Shown: positions 28,698 to 38,583, numbered from the stretch's first letter. The stretch: DNA of 64,000 bases from Anaeromyxobacteraceae bacterium (GCA_047602405.1 JASGHJ010000002.1:2336001-2400000), one strand, 5' to 3'. Made by a program: numbers and translations. The notes: generated by a model from the letters alone, not told the origin.

Positions 28698-30924
28698 GTG
28701 GCTCGCAAGAAGCCGCCCTCGGATCGTCACCGGCCGGCGCGGCCTGCGCCCGCCGCGCCTCCCGCCCCGCCCTCGCCCGCGCGGATTCGGGGCTTCCGGC
28801 TCTTCACCGTCGCCCTGCCGCTCCTCGCCCTCGCGCTCCTCGAAGGCGGGCTGCGCCTCGCCGGCTACGGGTTCGCGCCCGGGTTCACGCGGCCCTGCGA
28901 GACGGCCGGGATCCCCTCGTACTGCGAGAACCCGGACTTCACGAGGCAGTTCTTCCCGCCGGCGCTCGCCCGGCGGCCGAGCGCCTTCGCCTTCCCGCGC
29001 GAGAAGGGCCCGCGCACCGCGCGGGTGTTCGTCGTCGGCGAGTCCGCGGCGCAGGGCGATCCGGAGCCCGCCTTCGGCGTCGCGCGCTTCCTCCAGGCGA
29101 TGCTGGAGGCCGCGCTGCCCGGCGCGAAGGTGGAGGTCGTGAACGCGGGCGTGGTCGCGGTGAACTCGCACGCGCTCCTGCCGATCGTCCGCGACCTCGC
29201 CGGGCGCGGCGGCGACGTGGTCGTCGTCTACGCCGGCAACAACGAGGTCGTGGGCCCCTACGGCAACGGCACCGTGCTCACCGGGCGGCAGCCACCGCTC
29301 GGCCTCGTCCGCACCGCGGTCGCCCTTCGCTCGACGCGCATCGGCCAGCTCCTCGCCTCGGCGCTCCTCCCGCACGGCGAGGCGAGCCCGGAGGCCTGGC
29401 GCGGCATGGAGATGTTCCTCGGACAGCAGGTCCGGGCAGACGATCCGACCATGGCGAGCATCTACGCCGCATGGGAGGCGAACCTCCGCGACCTCGTCCG
29501 CGCCGCGCGGGACGGAGGCGCGCGTGTCGTCGTCGGCACGATGTCCACCCGGCTGCGGGGCTTCGCGCCTTTCGCCTCGCTCCACCGGCCCGGGCTCGCG
29601 GCCGCCGACCTCGCCCGCTGGGATGCGGCCTTCGCGCGCGGCGGGGCGGAGGCAGCGGCCGGCCGCGCGGCCGAGGCCCTCGCGGCCTTCCGCGAGGCCG
29701 CCGCCGTCGACGACGGCCACGCCGAGCTCGCCTACCGGATGGCGGAGGCGACCTGGGCCCTCGGCGATCGCGCCGCGGCGCGCGCCCTCTACGCGCGCGC
29801 CCGCGACCTCGACACCCTGCGCTTCCGCGCGGACACACGCGAGAACGCCCTCGCCCAGGAGGTGGCCCGCGCCGCCGGCGACGGGGTCGCGCTCGTGGAC
29901 GGGGAGGCGGCGGTGGACGCGGCCGACCCCGAGGGGCTCGCGGGCGGAGCGCTGCTCTGGGAGCACGCCCACCTGACGCCGGAGGGGAACCACGCGCTCG
30001 CCGCGGCGCTCCTCCCGGAGGTCATCGCCGCGCTGCCGGCGGGCCTGCGCCCCGACCGCGTCCCCGCCCCGCTCCCGTTCGAGGCCTGCGCGGCGCGCCT
30101 CGCGTTCACGGGGTTCGACCGGGCGCGCGTCGCGCGCGAGGTGCTGAACCGCCTCTCCCGCCCGCCGTTCACGGCGCAGCTCGACCACGCCGCCCAGGTC
30201 GCGGCCGTCGAGGCGCTCCGCGCGCGCGGGGCGACCGAGCCGCCCGGGGAGACCGAGGCCGCCTACCGGCGCGCGCTCTCCGCCGCCCCGGACGATCCCT
30301 GGCTCTGGCGCGGGCTCGCGCGCCTGTTCGACGCCCAGGACGACGCCGCCGTGCGCGTGGGCGGCCGCCCGGAGGGGCGCTCCGTCGAGCCGCTCCGCCA
30401 GGCCCTCCAGCTCTTGCCCGACGCCGCCGACCTCCGCCAGCTGCTCGCCGAGGCGCTCCTGCGGGTGGGGCGCCTCCCCGAGGCCGCCCGGGAGGCCGAG
30501 GAGCTCCTCCGGCGCCGCCCTGACCACGCGGGCGGCCACTACACGCTGGGCTCGATTCTTGCTCCGGCAGAACCGCGCCGGCGACGGGAAGCCTCACCTC
30601 GAGCGGGCGCTCGCGCTCGACCCGGGCCAGCTCGGCGCCCACCTCGAGCTCGCGAACCTCGCGGCGATGCGGGCCGACGGCCCCGAGGCCGCGCGCCACC
30701 TCGAGATCGCGGTCCGGCAGCGCCCGGACGACGCGGCCGTGCAGGGCCTGCTGGTGCGGCTCTACGAGCTGCAGGGCCGGCGCGCGGAGGCGGCCGTGAA
30801 GGCGCGGGAGGGCGCGGAGCGCCTGCGCGCCGCGGGGAGCGCCGCGGACGCCGCCGCGCTCCTCGACCGGGCCCGGGCGCTGGAGGCCGGCGGCGCCCCT
30901 ACCCCTTCACGGACCCCGCGGTGA
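28698..30924 (+). CDS. Membrane-anchored SGNH/GDSL-fold protein with TPR repeats; one frameshift near 30557
   Basis: TM ending LEGGLRL; blocks VGESAAQG, NAG, YAGNNE, EHAHL; TPR units continue in the +1 frame to 30924. Confidence 0.8.
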
Positions 30925-31782
30925 GGCCGGAGACCAGGTACTCTGCAGGTAGAAGAACAGGGCCATGATCGGCAGGGACACGATGATCGAGCCCGCCGCG
31001 AAGTAGCCCCACTGCTGCTGGAAGCCGCCCACGAAGAAGCGCAGCCCGACCGGCGCCGTGTACATGCTCTCCTGGTCCATGAAGGTCGCGGCCAGGATGA
31101 ACTCGTTCCAGGCGGTCATGAACGAGAAGAGCGCGGTGATCGCGATTGCCGGCTTCGCGAGCGGCAGCACCACCGACCAGAAGATCTTCCCGGCGCTCGC
31201 GCCCTCGATGACCGCCGCCTCCTCGAGCTCCTTCGGGATGGTGTCGAAGTAGCCCTTCAGCATCCAGACCGAGAACGGGATGGAGGTCGTCGAGTAGACG
31301 ATGATGAGGCCCCAGTGGCTGGAGCCGAGCCCGAGCCACTGCACGATGATGATGTAGAGCGGGATGAGGGTCAGCACGCCCGGGAACATCTGCGAGACGA
31401 GGAACGACATCATCCCGAAGCGCCGGCCGGGGAACTTGAAGCGGCTGAAGGCGTAGGCCGCGGTGCAGGCGAGCGCGACGCCCACGATCGTCGAGGCGAT
31501 GGCGATGAGGACGCTGTTCGCGATCCAGCGTCCGAAGGGCTGGTCGGCCATCACGGACGTGAAGTTCGAGAACGACCAGGCCTGCGGCCAGGGCATCACC
31601 GCCCGGAGCCGGTCGAGGAAGCCCGGCTCGGCCGGGAGATCCGCGATCGCGAGGCTCTGCTTGCCCGAGAACGCGATCGAGACGACCCAGAGCACCGGGT
31701 AGACCGTGTAGAGGACCGTCAGGATCAGGAAGGTGTGGAGGACCCAGTGCGGGGTGCGCTCCTCGCGGCGCGAGGTGGCCAT
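30899..31782 (-). CDS. malG: Maltose/maltodextrin ABC permease MalG-like; one base missing near 30942
   Basis: AAYAFSRFKF, QMFP, KGYFDTIPKELEEAA; canonical YLVSGLTAGSVKG* tail lies in the adjacent frame. Confidence 0.85.
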
Positions 31783-33807
31783 CTAGATCCCCTCCGTCGC
31801 GCGGGTGACCCGGTTCTGGAAGTTCCCGTAGACGAGCAGGATCCCGAAGATCACCGTCGCGTACGCCGCCGCGTAGCCGTACTGGTACTTCTGGAACGCG
31901 AACTTGTACGCCTGCGTGATCAGGATCTCGGTCGCGCCGTTCGGCTCGCCGCCGGTCACGAGGAAGATGATGTTGAACATGTTGAAGGTCCACACCACCG
32001 ACAGGATCACGGCGGGCACGAGCGCGGGCCTCAGCGACGGGAGCGTGATGGCCTTGAACTGCTGCCAGCGCGTGGCGCCGTCGACCCGGGCGGCCTCGTA
32101 GAGGTCGGCCGGGATCGACTGCAGGGCGCCGAGCGACACCACCATCATGAACGGGAACGAGAGCCAGCCGTTCGTGGCGAAGGCGGTGAGGAAGCTCGTG
32201 AACGGCGTCTCGAACCAGCTCAGCGGCGCGATCCCGAACATCGCGAGGACCTGGTTCACCACCCCGAACTGCCGGTGGAACATGCCCTTCCAGATGAGCG
32301 CGGTGATGTAGTTCGGCATCGCCCACGGGAGGATCAGCACCACCCGGTAGAAGGGCCGGAGCGCGAGGTCCTTCGTGTTGAGGACGAGCGCGAGGAGCAG
32401 GCCGAACGAGACGCCGAACGTCACGTTCGTCACGGTCCAGGCGACCGTGAAGAAGAAGGTCCAGTAGAAGTTGAGGTAGTTCCAGACCGGCGCGCCGTCG
32501 GCGCCCTTCGTGATGATCGAGAAGTCGCCGAGGATCTCGAGGTAGTTCTTGAAGCCCACCCAGAGCTCGGAGAAGGGCTTCGACTGGTTCGTGAGCGTCT
32601 GCTCGGTGAACGACAGCGCGATGCCGTAGAAGAACGGGAAGAAGACGAGGACCAGCGTCCCGATCATCGCGGGCGCGATGTACGCATAGGCCTGCCGGTT
32701 GACCCGCAGCGCCTTCCCGGTCGAGGCGGCGAAGCCGAGGCCGAAGAACGCGAGGAGCGCGAGGCCCGTCACGGCGGCGGCCCACAGCGTGGAGGCGCCG
32801 CCGGACGTGAGCCCCGCGAGCTCGCGGGCGGCGCCGGCCGGGTCGAGCTGCCCGGCCCCGGTCAACAGGCCCCGCGGCTGGCGCATGAGGTCCCGGTCCC
32901 AGAGGCCGGGCTTCAGCGGCGGCTCGACCGCGACCCCGGCCGCCTGGAGCAGCCCGGTGATCTCGGCCCCGGCGCCCTGCGCCTGCACCGCGATGCGCCC
33001 CTGCGCGGCCTCGCCGGCGGCGGCGAGCGCGCCGCGCGCCGCGAACGCGTGGCCGAGGGCGGCGAGCGCGAAGCACGCGACCGCGGTCGCGACGAGCGGC
33101 CAGCGGCCCCGGACGAAGCGGCCCGCGACGGCGAAGGCGGCGACGCCGGCGAGGATGGCCACGAGGGCCGCCACCGGCGACGCCGGCGGCTGCGCCGGGT
33201 ACGGCGCGGTCGTGAGCTCGACCATGCCGGCCACGTCGCCGTCGCGCTCGAGCGGCGACGCGAGCGAGCGGCTCCCCCCGGCGCCCACGTCGACCTCGAG
33301 CTCCCGCTGCACCGCTCCGCCCTCGCGGTTGGCGTTCACCGAGCCCTTGAGGCGCTGCGCGCGGTCGTAGGTGGCCTTCTCGTCCCTCGAGAGCCGGCGC
33401 GGCGCCGCCTGGTCGCCCACGTCGCCGGGCGCGGTGGAGGCCTCGAGGTGGGCCCCGGAGAGGAGCACGATGCGCGCGTGGGTGCCGGGTGGCTGGGCCT
33501 TCTGCCAGCCGTCGACGGCGGCGCGGAGCTTCTCGCCGTCGTCGCCGGTGCGGGCGGCGAGCTCCGAGAGCGCGCCGAGGGAGACGATGGCGCGCCGGGT
33601 GTCGGCGTCGCGGTCGAGCTGGGCGTGGGCGCCCCGGAGCAGGAGCGCGCCACCGCCCACGGCGACGAGCAGCCCTAGGGCGACGCCCCAGAGGAGGCGG
33701 GCGTAGGCGGTGCGGTCGTCCCTCGACTTCGCGGCTTCGCCGCTGCGCTCGGGACGAGCGGGTTCGGAGGGACCGGACGGACGGGCCGTCACCGGTGAGC
33801 TGGCCAA
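31783..33807 (-). CDS. malF: Maltose/maltodextrin ABC permease MalF-like with long N-terminal extension
   Basis: LILPWAMPNYITALIW, GALQSIPADLYEAARVDGA, FNMFNII. Confidence 0.85.
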   Translation of the reverse strand: MASSPVTARPSGPSEPARPERSGEAAKSRDDRTAYARLLWGVALGLLVAVGGGALLLRGAHAQLDRDADTRRAIVSLGALSELAARTGDDGEKLRAAVDGWQKAQPPGTHARIVLLSGAHLEASTAPGDVGDQAAPRRLSRDEKATYDRAQRLKGSVNANREGGAVQRELEVDVGAGGSRSLASPLERDGDVAGMVELTTAPYPAQPPASPVAALVAILAGVAAFAVAGRFVRGRWPLVATAVACFALAALGHAFAARGALAAAGEAAQGRIAVQAQGAGAEITGLLQAAGVAVEPPLKPGLWDRDLMRQPRGLLTGAGQLDPAGAARELAGLTSGGASTLWAAAVTGLALLAFFGLGFAASTGKALRVNRQAYAYIAPAMIGTLVLVFFPFFYGIALSFTEQTLTNQSKPFSELWVGFKNYLEILGDFSIITKGADGAPVWNYLNFYWTFFFTVAWTVTNVTFGVSFGLLLALVLNTKDLALRPFYRVVLILPWAMPNYITALIWKGMFHRQFGVVNQVLAMFGIAPLSWFETPFTSFLTAFATNGWLSFPFMMVVSLGALQSIPADLYEAARVDGATRWQQFKAITLPSLRPALVPAVILSVVWTFNMFNIIFLVTGGEPNGATEILITQAYKFAFQKYQYGYAAAYATVIFGILLVYGNFQNRVTRATEGI
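33717..33756 (-). repeat. REP-like palindrome, family A, inside the malF 5' coding region
   Basis: cgtccc-gagcg-[gcggcgaagccgc]-gaagtcga-gggacg on - strand, read as RPERSGEAAKSRD. Confidence 0.7.
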
Positions 33808-33820
33808 GGAAGCCTCCTGG

Positions 33821-33851
33821 CCCGTCCGTCCCCGAGCCCGGGACGGACGGG
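33821..33851. promoter_or_regulatory. 12-bp stem-loop between malE and malF
   Basis: cccgtccgtccc-N7-gggacggacggg. Confidence 0.65.
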
Positions 33852-33861
33852 AACGCCGGAC

Positions 33862-35061
33862 CTACTTCTTGTGGAGCGTGGCGACGTCCTTCTCGATCGC
33901 CTTCTGCGCGGTGCCGAGGGCGTCCTTCGGCGCGGTGCCGCCGGCGATGATCTTGTTGAGCGCGGTCGTGGCCGGGCTCCACATCATCGTCATCTCGGGC
34001 AGGTTGGGCATCGGCACCGCCACGTCCACCTGCTTGCGGAACGCGGAGAGCACCCAGTCGTTCTTCACGGCCGCGTCGTCGTAGACCGCCTTCACCGCGG
34101 GCGTCTGCCGCCCCTCGAGCGCCATGATCTTCGCGGCCTCGACGTCGGTGATGAACTTCACGAACTCGAAGGCGGCCTCCTTCTGCTTGCAGGGCGCCGT
34201 CACGAACGCGCCCTCGACCGTCATCCAGGGCCGCATCGGCTGGCCGCCGGCCTCGGTGATCTTGGGCAGCGGGGCGAGCCCGTAGTCGATGTCCTTCGAG
34301 ACCTCGCCCAGGAACCAGGGCCCGGTGAAGACGATGCCGGCCTTGCCCTCGTTGACGAGCGCGGTGATGAGCGCGACCGAGGGCTCCGCGGGCATGAAGC
34401 CGGCCTTCGTCCAGTCGACGAGGAGCTGCATCGCCTTCACGTTCGGCGCGGCGTCCATCGTCGGCTGCGCGCCGGGGCCGAAGACCGCGCCGCCGAAGCC
34501 GTTGATCATCGAGGCCGCGTAGTAGAAGTCGCCGTACGCCCAGGCGAGGCCGAAGCGGCCCGCCGCCTTGTTCGTGAGCTCCTTGCCCACCTTCACGAAA
34601 TCCGCCGTGGTGGCCGGCGGCGTCTTCACGAGCTTCTTGTTGTAGAGCATCGTGATGACCTTGTAGTTGAACGGCAGCGCCCACAGGCTCCCGCGGTAGG
34701 TCAGCGCCTGGACGGTGGTGGGGATGAACTTCCCCTTCACGGCGTCGTCCACGTAGAAGTCGATGGGCTCCACCGTGTTGCCCGCCGCGATCCAGCCGCC
34801 CATCCGGTCCTGCGCGTAGATGAAGACGTCCGGCCCCTTCCCGCGCGGCACGGCCGCCGAGATCTTGTCGGCGAAGGCGTCGAACGGCACCGCGAGCGGC
34901 GAGACCTTCACCTTCGTGGTCGGCTTCGCGTTGTAGGTCGCGACCACCTTCTCGAACGCGGTCTTCTCCGCGCCGCGGTAGGCGTGCCACACGACGAGGT
35001 CCTGCGCCGAGGCGACGCCGGCGAGGGCGAGGCCGAGCACTGCGAGGGCGAGCTTCTTCAT
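33862..35061 (-). CDS. malE: Maltose/maltodextrin-binding protein
   Basis: Signal peptide, KGPDVFIYAQDRMG, YNKKLV, FTGPW, PMPNLPEM. Confidence 0.85.
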   Translation of the reverse strand: MKKLALAVLGLALAGVASAQDLVVWHAYRGAEKTAFEKVVATYNAKPTTKVKVSPLAVPFDAFADKISAAVPRGKGPDVFIYAQDRMGGWIAAGNTVEPIDFYVDDAVKGKFIPTTVQALTYRGSLWALPFNYKVITMLYNKKLVKTPPATTADFVKVGKELTNKAAGRFGLAWAYGDFYYAASMINGFGGAVFGPGAQPTMDAAPNVKAMQLLVDWTKAGFMPAEPSVALITALVNEGKAGIVFTGPWFLGEVSKDIDYGLAPLPKITEAGGQPMRPWMTVEGAFVTAPCKQKEAAFEFVKFITDVEAAKIMALEGRQTPAVKAVYDDAAVKNDWVLSAFRKQVDVAVPMPNLPEMTMMWSPATTALNKIIAGGTAPKDALGTAQKAIEKDVATLHKK

Positions 35062-35097
35062 GGCGTTCGTGCTCCGGGTTCCGTGGTGAAGACTCGA

Positions 35098-35128
35098 TCC
35101 GCCCTTCGACGGGCTCGGGGCGGGCGGA
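35098..35128. repeat. Short REP-like palindrome (family A related) between malK and malE
   Basis: tccgcccttcgacgggctcggggcgggcgga. Confidence 0.55.
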
Positions 35129-35134
35129 ATTCGA

Positions 35135-36226
35135 TCAGTCGCCGATGCGGGCCTGGCTCTCCGCGTCGAACAGGTGCAGCGCGTCGAGCTCGAGCTTCAC
35201 CTCGAGCTTCGCGCCGATGGGCGCCGGGCGGTGCGGGTCCTGCTTGAAGACGAGCGCGTCCTCGCCGGCCTTCGCGTGGACCACCACCTCATCGCCGAGG
35301 GGCTCCGCGATCTCGACCGTGACCGGCACGGTGACCGTCGGCCCGCCCCGGCCGCTCCGGCCCTCGGGCAGCACGTTCTCGGGCCGCACGCCCACCACGA
35401 CCTTCGCGCCGGCCCGGCCGGCGAGCGCCGCGGCGGTGGCGCGCGGGAACGGGATCCGCACGCCGGCGGCCGCGATGGCGCCGCCCTCGATCACCCCGTT
35501 CACGAAGTTCATGGGCGGCGAGCCGATGAACGCCGCGACGAACAGGTTCGCCGGGTGCTCGTACACCTCGAGGGGCGTGCCCACCTGCTGGAGCTTCCCG
35601 GCGTGGAGCACCGCGATGCGGTGCCCCATGGTCATCGCCTCGATCTGGTCGTGCGTGACGTAGATGCTCGTGACCTCCAGGCGGGCCTGGAGCTTCTTGA
35701 TCTCCGCCCTCATCTGGACGCGCAGCTTGGCGTCGAGATTCGAGAGCGGCTCGTCGAACAGGAAGACCGCGGGCTTGCGCACGATGGCGCGGCCGAGGGC
35801 GACCCGCTGGCGCTGGCCGCCGGAGAGCTCCTTGGGCTTGCGGGTGAGGAGCTGGTCGATGGCGAGGATCTGCGCGGCCTCGTCGACGAGCCGGTCCATC
35901 TCCGCCTGCGGGGTCTTCCGGATGCGCAGGCCGAACTCGAGGTTCTCCCGCACCGTCATGTGCGGGTAGAGCGCGTAGCTCTGGAACACCATCGCGATGT
36001 CGCGGTCCTTCGGCGGGACCTCGTTCACGACCTTGTCGCCGATGGAGATGGTGCCGCCGGTCGCGTCCTCGAGCCCGGCCACCATGCGGAGCGCGGTGGA
36101 CTTCCCGCAGCCCGAGGGGCCGACGAGGACCATGAACTCCTTGTCCTTGATCTCGAGGTCGAGCCCCTCGATGACGCTGACCTGACCGAACCGCTTCTGG
36201 ACGTTCTTCAGGACGACTGCTGCCAT
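35135..36226 (-). CDS. malK: Sugar ABC transporter ATPase
   Basis: GPSGCGKST, VFQSYALYPH, LSGGQRQR, FLFDEPLSNLD, YVTHDQ, FIGSPPMN. Confidence 0.92.
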   Translation of the reverse strand: MAAVVLKNVQKRFGQVSVIEGLDLEIKDKEFMVLVGPSGCGKSTALRMVAGLEDATGGTISIGDKVVNEVPPKDRDIAMVFQSYALYPHMTVRENLEFGLRIRKTPQAEMDRLVDEAAQILAIDQLLTRKPKELSGGQRQRVALGRAIVRKPAVFLFDEPLSNLDAKLRVQMRAEIKKLQARLEVTSIYVTHDQIEAMTMGHRIAVLHAGKLQQVGTPLEVYEHPANLFVAAFIGSPPMNFVNGVIEGGAIAAAGVRIPFPRATAAALAGRAGAKVVVGVRPENVLPEGRSGRGGPTVTVPVTVEIAEPLGDEVVVHAKAGEDALVFKQDPHRPAPIGAKLEVKLELDALHLFDAESQARIGD

Positions 36227-36409
36227 CCGAGAGCCCCCGGGTGCGTGCGCGTGTGGGCCGCTTGTAGCACGGGATCCCACGCAGGGCATCGGCCCGAAGG
36301 GCCCGTTCGAGCCTGGACCTGGACAGCATGACGCAGCGCGGCGGGCGCTTCAGCGTCCCTCGAAAAGCGTGAACAGGTGCGGCGATCGGGCGCGCCACGC
36401 GCGACCGCC

Positions 36410-36988
36410 TCAGAGGGCCACGATGGCCCGGTCGACCGCGGACGCGCTCGCCCGCTTCACGCCCTCGAGCAGGCGCGCCACGCCGCCGCCGGCGAGGCCG
36501 TCGGCGACCTCGCGGGCCGCACCGGCGAACGCGCGGCCCAGGCGGAAGAGCTCGTCGCCGCTGGGCTCGCCCGGCGCGCGCTCCTTCGGCCAGATCCGCC
36601 AGCCGGCCTCGGTCCGGCGGAGCACCATCGGCTCGCCCACCGCGAAGCGCAGCACCGCGCGGTCGCCCGCGACGACCAGCCAGGCGGTGTCGACCCGCTG
36701 CAGCTGCAGGGCGAGGCGGTCGGAGGGCTCGGCGCCCGCGTCGAGCGCGACCGAGAGGCTCCGGTCGAGCCGGCGGAGCGCGCCGTAGATCGCGGCGGAG
36801 CCCGCGACGGCCTTCCGCGCGTCCTCGGAGCACGGCGCCACCATCGCGAGCGCGCCCTCGGCGTCGCCGGCGAGGAGCGCGGTCAGGTACGAGCGCGCGG
36901 CGCCGCGAGGCGTGGACAGCTCCCCCGCGTCGGGCGGCTGCACGCCGCCGGTGGCGAGGACGACTGCGAGGACGGTGACGAACGTCAT
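36410..36988 (-). CDS. Hypothetical exported protein
   Basis: GGAG RBS, hydrophobic N-terminus, LRRTEAGWRI resembling an NTF2-like C-terminal strand. Confidence 0.5.
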   Translation of the reverse strand: MTFVTVLAVVLATGGVQPPDAGELSTPRGAARSYLTALLAGDAEGALAMVAPCSEDARKAVAGSAAIYGALRRLDRSLSVALDAGAEPSDRLALQLQRVDTAWLVVAGDRAVLRFAVGEPMVLRRTEAGWRIWPKERAPGEPSGDELFRLGRAFAGAAREVADGLAGGGVARLLEGVKRASASAVDRAIVAL

Positions 36989-37201
36989 GGCGGACTCCGC
37001 TGCTCGAAGAGGCGACCGGGGACCGCTGGAACCCGCGGTCTTGCGGCCGATCGTGGCCCCTCGATCACGGGACTTGGAGTCCCGTGATCGGGGTCGTGAG
37101 GAGCGGTGCTCCGCCGCGGCACCTCCCCTCCACGTGCACACGGTGCGTGAACGGAGCGGCCGCGTCGTGCGGTGTGGGTGCGGTCGCGATAGAGTCGCCG
37201 C

Positions 37202-37801
37202 ATGGCCACCGCCCCCTACCCGCACCCGCGCACCGGATCGCTCCGCGCCGCGCTCGGGCGCGCCGTGCTGCGGCTCCTCGGGTGGCGGCTCGACGTCACG
37301 CTCCCCGACGGCCCGAAGGGCATCATCATCGTCTACCCGCACACCTCGAACTGGGACTTCCCGGTCGGCTACCTCGCGAAGCTCGCGATCGCCCTGCCCC
37401 TGCGCTGGATGGGGAAGGACTCGCTCTTCCTCGGCCCGTTCGGCGCGATGTTCCGCTGGATGGGCGGCATCCCGGTGAACCGCCGCGAGCGCACCGGCTT
37501 CATCGCCGGGCTCGTGCGGGAGTTCGAGGAGCGCGACTGGCTGTGGCTGGCCCTCGCACCCGAGGGCACTCGCAAGCACACCGACCACCTGAAGAGCGGG
37601 TTCTGGCACCTCGCACTCGCCGCGAAGGTCCCGGTGGGCCTCGCCTACATCGACTGGGGCGAGAAGGTCATCGGGCTGCACCGGTACCTGCCGATGACCG
37701 GGGACGAGGCCGCCGACCTCGCGGCCATCCGCGCGGAGTACCACGGGAAGCGCGGGAAGCGGCCGGGCAACGAGTCGGAGCTGCGCTTCTTGCCCCGCTA
37801 G
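37202..37801 (+). CDS. PlsC-like lysophospholipid acyltransferase
   Basis: PHTSNWD, GGIPVNR, APEGTR, KSGFW. Confidence 0.9.
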   Translation: MATAPYPHPRTGSLRAALGRAVLRLLGWRLDVTLPDGPKGIIIVYPHTSNWDFPVGYLAKLAIALPLRWMGKDSLFLGPFGAMFRWMGGIPVNRRERTGFIAGLVREFEERDWLWLALAPEGTRKHTDHLKSGFWHLALAAKVPVGLAYIDWGEKVIGLHRYLPMTGDEAADLAAIRAEYHGKRGKRPGNESELRFLPR

Positions 37802-37808
37802 GCTCGCA

Positions 37809-37855
37809 CCTCCCTCTCCCCAGCCTGGCCGGGGGCGTGGGCCGGGGTGAGGGGG
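37809..37855 (-). repeat. REP-like palindrome, family B
   Basis: Reverse complement ccccctcaccccggccc..ggggagagggagg resembles 14116-14162. Confidence 0.65.
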
Positions 37856-37894
37856 CGCCCTTATCGCGTGGACCGCCCGTGCCGATGGCCGGGC

Positions 37895-38215
37895 ATGAGC
37901 TCGACCTCCGCCATCGCCCTGTCCGGCCTCGTGGCCGCGAGCACCCGCCTCGACGCCTCCGCGCAGAACGTCGCGAACGTCGAGTCCGAGGGCTACACGC
38001 CGGTCGAGGTGCACGCCGAGGCGCTCCCCCAGGGCGGTGTGCAGGCGCACGTCACCCCCGGCGAGCTCGCCTCCGACGCGGCGCTCGCGGGCACGGTGGA
38101 CCTCACCCGCGAGCTCCTCAACCAGCAAGCCGCGAAGCGCGCCTACGAGGCGAACCTCGCCACCCTCCGCGCCGCCGATCAGGCGGAGCGGCTCGTGATG
38201 GACGTGCTGGGCTGA
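37895..38215 (+). CDS. Small flagellar basal-body rod (FlgC-like) domain protein
   Basis: IALSGL..RLDASAQNVAN..GY and VDLTRELLN..AYEANL. Confidence 0.75.
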   Translation: MSSTSAIALSGLVAASTRLDASAQNVANVESEGYTPVEVHAEALPQGGVQAHVTPGELASDAALAGTVDLTRELLNQQAAKRAYEANLATLRAADQAERLVMDVLG

Positions 38216-38221
38216 GCGGGA

Positions 38222-38350
38222 TTACAGCGGCGCCGGCCCGCCGCGCTCCTCGTGATTCAGGAACGCGGACAGCGGCGCGCGCAGGCGCGCCTGCGAGGCG
38301 ATGTGGAAGGCGGCGGCGAAGCGGTTCAGCACGGCGAGCAGCGTGTTCAC
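38222..38350 (-). CDS. Putative 42-aa small protein
   Basis: GGAG RBS, GTG start, MNTLLAVLNRFAAAFHIASQARLRAPLSAFLNHEERGGPAPL*, mostly G/C third positions. Confidence 0.4.
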   Translation of the reverse strand: MNTLLAVLNRFAAAFHIASQARLRAPLSAFLNHEERGGPAPL

Positions 38351-38519
38351 GGCGGTCTCCAGCGGGCAGGCGTGAGTGCCTGCGCGGCGTCCTTATCGAC
38401 CCGGGTGACGGTGCGCGTCAAGGTGACGGCCTCCCACCCCTCGGAAGAACCAAGCCCGGGTCCCGACTGGAGTTTCGCGAAAGGACTACCTGGAGGACTT
38501 GGATCTCCTTCGGTTTCCG

Positions 38520-38547
38520 AAAGAATAGTCGCGGGGTTGCCGCGACT
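38520..38547 (-). terminator. Probable terminator of pepF
   Basis: agtcgcgg-N5-ccgcgact followed by attcttt on - strand. Confidence 0.6.
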
Positions 38548-38583
38548 CCCTCCGGACCGGCGCGCGCCCTGCCGTACTGGCAG

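Noticed and set aside
26282..30924. Saxitoxin biosynthesis cluster
   Set aside because: Only sxtI/J/K/L-like genes are present; no sxtA, sxtG or other core genes in the window
30899..34990. Very long alternative-frame ORFs (also 37084-40524, 14367-17750, 13888-17226)
   Set aside because: Arg/Gly/Pro-rich shadow frames expected in high-GC DNA; they overlap well-supported genes
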